A stretch of 62,790 bases of DNA, the filler included. It is 4 parts of 4 records of this genome, joined end to end, with 100 filler letters (N's around TTAATTAATTAA, not from the genome) between each part and the next. Parts side by side here need not be neighbours in the genome. Positions count along the whole stretch, not along the records: positions 1 to 14,224 come from DRR723986_10234; positions 14,325 to 32,892 come from DRR723986_10252; 2 more parts are not named here. One strand, given 5' to 3'. This document shows positions 8,507 through 16,795 of the stretch, piece after piece (the first letter of the stretch is position 1; every line of letters starts with the position of its first letter). The translations under genes and the position numbers were made by a program. A model generated the notes under the pieces. It ran no database searches. It was not told where the DNA came from and saw only the letters and a list, made by a program, of their open reading frames with translations.

Positions 8507-11467
8507 TCAGGAGTCATATGTTAAGTATAAACTTGCGCGGGTGCCGCAAACCTGCATGTTGTCATCCCTGATATCTTCCAGCTCAAGTCGATAGGTACTT
8601 GCATCAAATTCGTTAATCAGGGCGATGCGTTCGTTAATATTGTTAAGTGCGCTGGATGTGTGTTGTGTTGTGCGTTTTTTACTGTGCTGAGCGGCATTGG
8701 CGCGGCCGATGCCGTTGTCGCTGATTTTGCAGATCAGGCCGTTCTCGGAAGTCTCGACGTCAATCCGAATCAGTCCCTTACCATGTTTGGGTTGAATGCC
8801 ATGCATAATGGCGTTTTCTACCAGTGGCTGCAGCAACATGGGCGCAATATAATATTCGTCGAGCGCATGCGCTGCGCTGGTATGAACCTCAAATTCAAAT
8901 TTGTCTCTGAAGCGCATTTTTTCCAGTGCCAGGTAGTCGTGCAGGCCGGCCAGTTCTTCGCGCAATGGGACGCTGCGATGATCGGACAATTTGACCAGGC
9001 GGCGGATGAGCTGCGAGAGGTGCACCAAAAAAGTGGAAGCGACCGGCGCTCGGTTGGAGTTAATCAGGTGTTGAACGGAGTTAAGGGCATTAAACACAAA
9101 GTGCGGGTTCATCTGCATACGCAGTGCGCGGTACTCCAGTTCCAGCAGGCGGCGCTTGCCGGCTTCGATGCGTTTCTGGCGCCGCAGCAGCAGCAAAATA
9201 GCGCCGCTCAGGAGCGCAATTGCCACGACGAACAAAGCTGTGCGGAACCAGGCAGTTTCGCTGAAATGTGGTGCGATTGAAATGCTGATACTTGCGGGCT
9301 GGGGACTCCAGACTCCGTCGGCATTGGCGGCCTGGACCACAAATTTGTAGTCTCCGGCGGGCAGGTCGGCATAACGCGCCGAGCGATTGAGCGTCTGCAC
9401 AAAAGAGCGGTCGTAGCCGCGTAGCTGATAGCGGTACAGCGTTTTGCTTGTGTGTCTGAAGCTGTTGCCATTAAAACGGACTTCGATCGCATTTTGGTCA
9501 TCTTCCAGCGAATAGGCCGCTGCCAGTCCAAGCGGCCGGTCGTTGCTGAGTATCTGGCGAATGCTGATACGCGGTGGCATCGGCCGCGTCAGCAGACTGT
9601 CCGGATCAAAGTAGTAGACGGCCGTGCGTGTTGCCAGCACCAAAAGGTTTTGCGCCACGACGATGTCATTAATCTGTTCTTTGGGTAAGCCGTAACCCGT
9701 TGAGAAGTCACGCGCCACGTACCTGCCGTCGGGCGCACGTGTGATGCAGTTGAGGCCCTGATTGCTCGTCAGCCATACAGCCTCGCGTTGGTGGTCTATG
9801 CAGAGCTGTTGGCACAGGTCGCTGTTGATTCCGTCTTCGCGCGTCAGGTGAATCAGCGTGTCGCGGCGTGAACCCGCCGGCAAAATTGCCAGGCCCAGGC
9901 CTTTACCGGCAAACCAGAGCGTTCCATCGGCCGTCTGGCCGATGTCGTCAATGCGACCGCGCAGGAGAGGGTGCCGGCTGCCAATCGCAGTTAAACTGTC
10001 ATTGGTCCAGCGGTAAAGGCCCTGCAAAGTGCCGAGCCAGATGTTGCCGTTCTGGTCCTGATAAGCTTTGTGCGTCCGTTTGCGGAATTTGATTTGCTCA
10101 GAGTACAGAACAGTTTTGCCTTCCTTGATTTTCAGGAATCCGCGTCCACTCGAAAGCAGACCACCGTCCGGAGTGTGCGCGCCGCTCAGGTAACTGACGG
10201 ACTGAACTTCACTTTTGAGTACACGCTGCCGTCCGCTGACAAGTGAGAGATTCTTGTGGCCGCTAAACAGCGTGTCTCCGTGCAGATGCAGATATTTCGG
10301 CGTGGGTTCACTTTGCTGCGCCTGCCGGCCGGGATCAAAGGTCCGGCGATAGTGCGGCGCCCCGCCTGCGATGGTATACAGTTTAACACGGTTGCGGGCA
10401 TCACTAATCACCAGGGTGTCCCCGGCGGCGGCCAGCGCCACGATTTCGGCATCCGAGCCTTGTGTTTCCAGCCGGAACACCCCTGTGGACGGTAGAAAAT
10501 ATAGCCCGTTGCGCAAGGTCGCGACCCAGATATTGGCTTCGTCATCCTGGAACACGGCACTGACCTTTTGGTTGTTAAACAGTGTCCGGGGCTCACGCCG
10601 CAGATCTCCATGCCTGAACCACTGGAGGCCGTTAGCCCCGGCCACCCAAAGTGCGCCGTCCGCATCTTCCATCAGGTCATTAACCGTATGCGAAACTGTA
10701 TCGAGCGCCAGGAGGGAGTCGGCCGACAGTCTGGCAATGATTTTATCGCGCGTCAGCAGCAGCTCGCCGTTGCGGCGGCGCGTATGTGTGACGTAGATTC
10801 CCATGTCGGGAGACCAGTTGGTGAGATAGCGGCCATGCTTGTCGCTAATCAACTCATGCCTGCCGTGCAGATTAAAACTTTCAGGCTGCGGACTTAAACA
10901 CAGAATGAATGCGCCATCGGCAAGTTCAATTATTCCGAGTGCGCCATCTTGTGTGCCCCGGCCACTTAAACGCAGTGAATCAATACGGCCGCCGGGATGG
11001 ACCTTGTAATAGCGGTTAAAAAAGTCTGAAGTGAACCAGATGACATCATTCTGATCGACGTGCAGGTGTTTAACAAAGCTGGGACCGAGCAGTTCTACAA
11101 TGGAGCTGTTGGCCTTGGGTTCAGTGATAATACCATCCTGGTAATAACAAAGGCCGCCTGAAAAACTCGTCATCCACAGGCGGCCGCGCTGATCATGCAC
11201 GAGCCGGAAGATCGTGTTGTCAACCAGGCCGTCACTAGCGGTGTAGGTCTTGAATGCATGCCCGTCATAGGCGCACAGTCCGTGGTCGGTGGCCAGCCAC
11301 AGCGTGCCCGTGCTGTCCTGGGTGATATCGTGTATCTCATTCGACGGCAGCCCGTCGGCCGTGGTAAACTGCTGATAGGCCGGATGCTGCGCCGCTGCAG
11401 GAACTGTCCCGCACAGGAGAATCATGCCGATTTTACACAGCCATGAGATCGTGATGTAGTTGCGCAT
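8507..11467 (-). CDS. Sensor histidine kinase (beta-propeller + Y_Y_Y + TM + LytS-type kinase)
   Basis: GLPSNEIHDITQDSTGTLWLAT propeller repeats, YRYQL..Y..LPAGDYKF Y_Y_Y domain, TM helix, QMNPHFVFNALN, LQPLVENAIMHG, ISDNGIG. Confidence 0.95.
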   Translation of the reverse strand: MRNYITISWLCKIGMILLCGTVPAAAQHPAYQQFTTADGLPSNEIHDITQDSTGTLWLATDHGLCAYDGHAFKTYTASDGLVDNTIFRLVHDQRGRLWMTSFSGGLCYYQDGIITEPKANSSIVELLGPSFVKHLHVDQNDVIWFTSDFFNRYYKVHPGGRIDSLRLSGRGTQDGALGIIELADGAFILCLSPQPESFNLHGRHELISDKHGRYLTNWSPDMGIYVTHTRRRNGELLLTRDKIIARLSADSLLALDTVSHTVNDLMEDADGALWVAGANGLQWFRHGDLRREPRTLFNNQKVSAVFQDDEANIWVATLRNGLYFLPSTGVFRLETQGSDAEIVALAAAGDTLVISDARNRVKLYTIAGGAPHYRRTFDPGRQAQQSEPTPKYLHLHGDTLFSGHKNLSLVSGRQRVLKSEVQSVSYLSGAHTPDGGLLSSGRGFLKIKEGKTVLYSEQIKFRKRTHKAYQDQNGNIWLGTLQGLYRWTNDSLTAIGSRHPLLRGRIDDIGQTADGTLWFAGKGLGLAILPAGSRRDTLIHLTREDGINSDLCQQLCIDHQREAVWLTSNQGLNCITRAPDGRYVARDFSTGYGLPKEQINDIVVAQNLLVLATRTAVYYFDPDSLLTRPMPPRISIRQILSNDRPLGLAAAYSLEDDQNAIEVRFNGNSFRHTSKTLYRYQLRGYDRSFVQTLNRSARYADLPAGDYKFVVQAANADGVWSPQPASISISIAPHFSETAWFRTALFVVAIALLSGAILLLLRRQKRIEAGKRRLLELEYRALRMQMNPHFVFNALNSVQHLINSNRAPVASTFLVHLSQLIRRLVKLSDHRSVPLREELAGLHDYLALEKMRFRDKFEFEVHTSAAHALDEYYIAPMLLQPLVENAIMHGIQPKHGKGLIRIDVETSENGLICKISDNGIGRANAAQHSKKRTTQHTSSALNNINERIALINEFDASTYRLELEDIRDDNMQVCGTRASLYLTYDS

Positions 11468-11747
11468 ATCGATGTTTATATGATAAAGCGGCGGGCGTAA
11501 AGACACAAAATATTGTTAACGGCCGGGGAATAGACGCGCATGTTAAATTCCCGAAGTCCACAAGCGGCAATCAGCGAGAATTGATAGACCGGGGATAAGA
11601 TCAAAATATCTGAGGGTGGAGGGACTGCCGAGGAAACTGGGAGAATGTACATACATTTTCTGAACTATTCCAACAGAATTGTGAGTCTGCCAAAATTACC
11701 TGCATAAAAATGTAGAAATTTCCGTGGCCAAAGTGTGGCTCGTTCTG

Positions 11748-11984
11748 TCACACGTCGCGAACCCTGGCCCGCGCCGACGCCAGTAGTTGCCTGTATCTTG
11801 GGTCGAGCACAGCAGGCAGCTGCCGTTCCAGCATACATTCCAGGTCCCACAGGGCTCTTTGCTCGGCCTGGTCTTCGATGCAGGGCTGCGCGTCCAGTTC
11901 ATTAAACCTTGCCGGGAACTCGAATAAAACCAGGGCTTTATCCTGCGAAAGTGAAAATGTGACGGTGGGTTGTGGTAGTGCCAT
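11748..11984 (-). CDS. Small conserved hypothetical protein
   Basis: 78 aa; GGGAG upstream; motif ALVLFEF..EDQAEQRALWDLECMLE...Y..LL..AR..VRD looks like a conserved small protein family. Confidence 0.65.
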   Translation of the reverse strand: MALPQPTVTFSLSQDKALVLFEFPARFNELDAQPCIEDQAEQRALWDLECMLERQLPAVLDPRYRQLLASARARVRDV

Positions 11985-12038
11985 TTCGCTCCCTGTAATG
12001 AGTCGGATTATGTGTGAAAAATGGCCCTGAACCGCCGC

Positions 12039-14006
12039 TCAGCCTGTGGCGGCACCAGATTGAACTGCGGCCGGCCGGACCGGCAGTTCCACGATGAAAC
12101 TAGCGCCTTGACCATGTACACTTTCACACCAGACGCGGCCGTGCATGGTTTCAACAAGTTGTTTAACAATTGAGAGGCCCAGCCCACTGGATTCCTCGCC
12201 GCCGGTTGGCTGTGCCGAGAGTCGCGCAAACTTGCCAAACAAATGCTGCATGTCCTCTTCCGTCAAACCTGGCCCCTGATCGCGTACCAGCAGGCGCGCA
12301 TGTTTTGTTGCATCTTCACCGATGTGTTGCACTGCGATTGTGACCGTGGTATTATTTGGCGAAAACTTGATAGCATTTGAGACCAAATTGTCAAGCACCT
12401 GCACCATGATGTCCGGATCGGCATAAGCCTCAATGCCTTCAGACGGTCCCTGAAACTCAATTGTGATGTCCTTGGCGGCGGCATGCGCGCGGCTGACCGA
12501 AAGGTAACGATGCGCCAGCTGCGCCAGATCAAAAGTCTTGGCCTTGACGTTCAGACGCCCCTGGTCTATGCGGTTGATGTCCAGCAGGCTGTTGACCAGG
12601 CCGAGCATGCGCGCCGAACTCGCGGAGATGTCCTTGCAGATGTCCCTGATGTCCGCCGCCGTCAGCGCCTCCACCTCGCGTTCGGCCAGCTGCGCCAGCC
12701 CGCGAATATTCGAGAGCGGATTGCGCAGGTCATGCGCCGCAATGCCCAGAAACTCATTGCGCGCGCGGATCAGTTTTTCGAGTCTCTCATTTGCTTCGGC
12801 AAGCTCTACGTTGGCCAGTCGCTGAATCTCGGCTTCTTTGTGGGCCTGCTCAGTCTCGTGCAGAATCCGCAGATTCTGCATCTGCTCATCGGCGCGCTTG
12901 TTGGATCGTTCGCGTTCTATACTGAAGTATTTGCGGTGAAATTCGAGTGCCGTCTTGTGGTCTCCACGATTTTCAGCCAGTTCCATCGAGGCAAAAAACA
13001 GTTCGGCGCGCTGTGAGGGCACGTCCAGTTCGTCACAGCAGCTCTCGGCCTGCTGCAGGTAGTCTGCGGCTTCGGTGAACTTGTTGATGCGGTTGTAACA
13101 GCGCGCCAGGCCGATCAGCGCAATTGTTTCGCCATGCAGCAGGGCAATCGAACGCGAGAGTTCAAGACTCTGGCGATAGGCCTCAATCGCTTCATCGTAC
13201 TGTTTCAGGTCAAACAGCAGGCTGGCGCCGTTGGTTGCGGCGATGGCTTCATGCCGCACATTGTTTTGGCTCTGCGAAAGCGTCACGGCACGGCGCATGT
13301 GTTCGAGCGCTTTGTCCTTCTGGCCGCGGCGGCTGAGAACTACGCCAATATTGCAGTTGACAATTGCCTCACCGATCACATTTCCATCGGCCTGGCAGAG
13401 TTCCAGTGTGCGCTGGTGATATTCCAGCGCCTTTTCAAACTGCCCCATGTCCTTGTGTACCACCGCCAGGTTGCTCAGGCAGGCGGCTAGTTCTTTGCGT
13501 TGGTCCGCGCGGCCTGATTGCAGGAGATCGTAGGCTTTGAGCAGATTCTCCAGCGCGCCGGGCAGGTCTCCCAGGTTCTGTAAAGCCAGTCCAAGTTGGT
13601 TGTATTCGTGCGCCTGTGCGGCGGGAGCGTCAATGCGCGCGTAGATTTCCAGGCTGCGTTTTTTGAATTCAATCGTTTTGTGATAGTGCCCCTGCAGGAA
13701 CTCGGTTCTGCCGCTTTCGCCCAGGGTTTTGGCCACTCCCGGCAGGTGGTTGTGTGCCTGGTAGAGTTGGCGCGCTTTACCGAAGTATTCGGCGGCGCGG
13801 CTGTAATCAGACATGTTGCGTGCTGCTTTGGCCAGGATTATCAGCGCTTCTGCCCGTGTTTTGTAGTCCTGCGGCGGCGTTTGCTGCAGCACCTCTTCGG
13901 CCAGTGCCTGCGCCTTGAGCTGGTCGCCGTCAAGCAGGCTGTTGGCTTCTGCAAGCAGATTTTTGGTGACCTGATCCACCTGCGGGTCGGCTGACTTCTG
14001 TGTCAT
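12039..14006 (-). CDS. Cytoplasmic TPR-repeat sensor histidine kinase
   Basis: About 8 TPR units, HisKA AAHDLRNPL, N-box NLVSNAIKF, G-boxes DQGPG and GLGLSIV; no TM helix; start at MTQKS preferred. Confidence 0.92.
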   Translation of the reverse strand: MTQKSADPQVDQVTKNLLAEANSLLDGDQLKAQALAEEVLQQTPPQDYKTRAEALIILAKAARNMSDYSRAAEYFGKARQLYQAHNHLPGVAKTLGESGRTEFLQGHYHKTIEFKKRSLEIYARIDAPAAQAHEYNQLGLALQNLGDLPGALENLLKAYDLLQSGRADQRKELAACLSNLAVVHKDMGQFEKALEYHQRTLELCQADGNVIGEAIVNCNIGVVLSRRGQKDKALEHMRRAVTLSQSQNNVRHEAIAATNGASLLFDLKQYDEAIEAYRQSLELSRSIALLHGETIALIGLARCYNRINKFTEAADYLQQAESCCDELDVPSQRAELFFASMELAENRGDHKTALEFHRKYFSIERERSNKRADEQMQNLRILHETEQAHKEAEIQRLANVELAEANERLEKLIRARNEFLGIAAHDLRNPLSNIRGLAQLAEREVEALTAADIRDICKDISASSARMLGLVNSLLDINRIDQGRLNVKAKTFDLAQLAHRYLSVSRAHAAAKDITIEFQGPSEGIEAYADPDIMVQVLDNLVSNAIKFSPNNTTVTIAVQHIGEDATKHARLLVRDQGPGLTEEDMQHLFGKFARLSAQPTGGEESSGLGLSIVKQLVETMHGRVWCESVHGQGASFIVELPVRPAAVQSGAATG

Positions 14007-14224
14007 CAAGACTGTCTTTCTATTACAATTCTGGGCACTTCTGGGGCTGTTTCTGACCGGCTGTGTGCCCGATACCTGCATCGGGAGACTGTTGACTGAA
14101 CCGACTTTGTTTCGCAGACAGTGAAAAATACGCAAGCAGCGCGTTTGTTTCAAATTAGCCCAGGCAAGCGTGGCTAAGATTTATAGCTGTGAATTGTGTT
14201 TTGAGCGGGCTTTGACCTGCGGTC

Positions 14225-14324
14225 NNNNNNNNNNNNNNNNNNNNNNNNNNNNNNNNNNNNNNNNNNNNTTAATTAATTAANNNNNNNNNNNNNNNNNNNN
14301 NNNNNNNNNNNNNNNNNNNNNNNN
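14225..14324. other. Artificial contig linker
   Basis: 44 N + TTAATTAATTAA (stops in all frames) + 44 N. Confidence 0.98.
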
Positions 14325-14344
14325 TCCGCTTTCCGGAAGAGCAA

Positions 14345-14378
14345 CAAACATAAGACTTCTTTTCAACCTGCGCAAGAA
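14345..14378 (-). promoter_or_regulatory. Bacteroidota-type housekeeping promoter facing the contig end
   Basis: Minus-strand TATGTTTG (14345-14352) matches TAnnTTTG, with TTG about 20 nt upstream. Confidence 0.55.
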
Positions 14379-14842
14379 AAAACTTTACTTCTTTGCTCAT
14401 TCTCCAAAATTTGTGAATTCATCTGCCAGAATTACACCTGGAATGAATTGCTGCGACCCTGGATTTGACTCTGGGAATCGCCGACTTTTTGGAGGAGTTA
14501 AAGAACGTAAACTTGCCCAGTGTTTTTCTGAAGCGGGGCGCAAAATGCAAAAATTTGTTGAAACAACACCATAAAAAATGCCCTAAGCGAACTTTTATTG
14601 AAAAACGTCGATTTCAGCTCAGAATCGACAATTTTATTTATCTGAATTTTGACTTTAATTCGAGTTTTACGCCACTTTGATCAATTTCTGGCAGACAGTC
14701 TGGCCGAATTGTGGTGTTTGCAACAGTGACAAACAAGAAACTCATGAAAAACAAGCCACGAACGACCGCGCGACCGGCAGGAAGCGATTCCATTTTTAAG
14801 CCGATCAGCCCCCAAACAGTTGAGCCCGGCAAGAAGTAGACA

Positions 14843-14889
14843 CAAAAAAATGGCCCCCGGAGCGACGAATCGCCAGACGCGGGAGCCAA
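14843..14889 (-). terminator. Intrinsic terminator downstream of the phosphatase gene
   Basis: Minus strand TGGCTCCCG...CGGGGGCCA followed by TTTTTTT. Confidence 0.65.
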
Positions 14890-14919
14890 ATAAAAATGCA
14901 GTCACTGGAAATTAGGCGA

Positions 14920-16665
14920 TTATTTGAGCGGAACCTCAAGCGGAAGCGCACGGCCATCCACATTTACAAGCTCAAGATCAATCAGATTTGCCAGGCTGGG
15001 AGCAATATCCACCGGCGAAGCATCTCCAGAATCGTGATCATGTTCTACGCGCCAGCCATAAAAGAGCAGCGGAACCTCGCGGTCGTACGCATATGGCGTA
15101 CCGTGACTGGCAGGTGTGGAACCATACAGAAAATGCGGCGGAAGGTAGACAATTACATCACCCGTGCGATCCGGATACGCGCTCATAGCAGCCAGGTCAA
15201 CCAGCTCACTCTGAATGCCGACCGTGCCCTCCTGCAGCTTTTTGCCGGAGAATGCCAAGGCAACCTCCTCCTGACGCATGAGGAAACCGCAGAGAGAATC
15301 GACGATCTCGGCACGTGGCGCACGCGCAGAATCCACCGCGCGCACATCCAAAAAGACATTCGGAAATTCGGCAGCCGCCAGCCAGTTAACCGATCCGCGC
15401 GTTGGGAATGTTTCAGTAAGATAGAGGTCGATGCGGTCCGCCAGGTCGAGCTCATCTACACGTCCGGCGCGTTTGCCCTGCGATTCGGCCGTTTCGGGTA
15501 TCGTACCGACGCCGTGATCGGAACTAAGTGCGATAACATAGGAATGACGGCCAACAGTCTCGTCGAGGAATTCGAGGTACTCACCAAGCAGCGTGTCACA
15601 TTTAAGATAGATGTCGAGGAGCTCGCGGCTGTCGGGTCCAAAAAGATGTCCGGCGTAATCGGTGCTCGAAATGCCCACATTAAGTATGTCCGGAATGGTG
15701 TCGGCACCCAACTGATGTTCGCGCACGGCTGCCTTGGCCATTTCAAAGGTCAGCTCGGCGGCATACGGCGTGACGTTGATGGCACGTACAAACGGCTTCG
15801 GGTCGGCAGGATCAAACTCGGGGAGCACATGCGGAAAACTGGAACCGCCACCGCTAAACTGACCTTCGCCAGGCATGGAGTCGGCAGTTGTGTATGCAGC
15901 TTCGTCGAGGAAAGGATTCCATTGATGTTTGGAGTATGAACGCATCCAGGCGGTGATGTCGACGGACGAAACCCAGCTGGGCGCAGTTGAGTCGTAATAG
16001 ACTGAGGTCGTAAATGCAGGCGTTTTTTCGTCGAGCCACACAACGGCGTCGGCATTGTGCCCGGCCATACAGATTGCGGCGCGGTCTTTACTGGAAACCG
16101 CGACACTTTTGCTGCCCGGCAGGCGCTGCTTCATCCAGTCTCCGAGCGTCGGCATTTGCAGGTTGCGCGGCGAGCGGCCTTTGAGGGCGGCGCGGCCATT
16201 GGCAATCGGCTCCACGCCGTGCACGGCGGAGGCGGCGTCTTCGACGGCATAGGTAGCGCGGCGCAGGCGCTTGTCATAAAATGTATTCTGCACGATGCCA
16301 TTTTTGTGCGGATAGGTTCCGGTGCTGATGATAGCGTGGCCGGGCCCCGTGGAAGTGTTGGCGTGTTTAAAGGCGGCATTGGGGTAGTACTTGCCGCCCT
16401 GCAGCAAGCGCTTGAAGCCGCGCTCCGACCAGTGGCCGGCCCAACGCTCCAGATAGTCCCCACGCATTTGATCAAATGAGAGAACAACGAGCAGCTTGGG
16501 TTTGGCGGGCATATCTGCATATGCCACATCTTCGGAAGAACAGCCGGCGCCCAGGCCGCTGAGCATTAGAGCCGCCAGCAGGAGAACGGCGGGCAGCGAA
16601 CGGGAAAACCGGGAGACTGTGCGTGAAGGATGATTGGCTTTAAGCCTGAAGACTCTCTGGATCAT
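14920..16665 (-). CDS. Alkaline phosphatase family protein (PafA-like), lipoprotein
   Basis: LLVVLSFDQMRGDY, Thr nucleophile motif TSTGPGHAII, SKDRAAI, DYAGHLFGP, SSDHG, HGTPYAYDREVPL; lipobox GAGC. Confidence 0.92.
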   Translation of the reverse strand: MIQRVFRLKANHPSRTVSRFSRSLPAVLLLAALMLSGLGAGCSSEDVAYADMPAKPKLLVVLSFDQMRGDYLERWAGHWSERGFKRLLQGGKYYPNAAFKHANTSTGPGHAIISTGTYPHKNGIVQNTFYDKRLRRATYAVEDAASAVHGVEPIANGRAALKGRSPRNLQMPTLGDWMKQRLPGSKSVAVSSKDRAAICMAGHNADAVVWLDEKTPAFTTSVYYDSTAPSWVSSVDITAWMRSYSKHQWNPFLDEAAYTTADSMPGEGQFSGGGSSFPHVLPEFDPADPKPFVRAINVTPYAAELTFEMAKAAVREHQLGADTIPDILNVGISSTDYAGHLFGPDSRELLDIYLKCDTLLGEYLEFLDETVGRHSYVIALSSDHGVGTIPETAESQGKRAGRVDELDLADRIDLYLTETFPTRGSVNWLAAAEFPNVFLDVRAVDSARAPRAEIVDSLCGFLMRQEEVALAFSGKKLQEGTVGIQSELVDLAAMSAYPDRTGDVIVYLPPHFLYGSTPASHGTPYAYDREVPLLFYGWRVEHDHDSGDASPVDIAPSLANLIDLELVNVDGRALPLEVPLK

Positions 16666-16795
16666 GATGGCAGGTTCACGAGTTCGTCAGATAAATAGAG
16701 AACTGCCCGACGTGTGCAAGACACCGGCAGGAGTCCCGGAATTTACGGATTCCCGCGAACCTGACCGTATTTGATCCATTTGATTCAGAGGCAGA

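Noticed and set aside
14269..14280. TTAATTAATTAA palindrome repeated three times as a biological site
   Set aside because: It is always centred in N-runs of equal length, so it is a synthetic linker.
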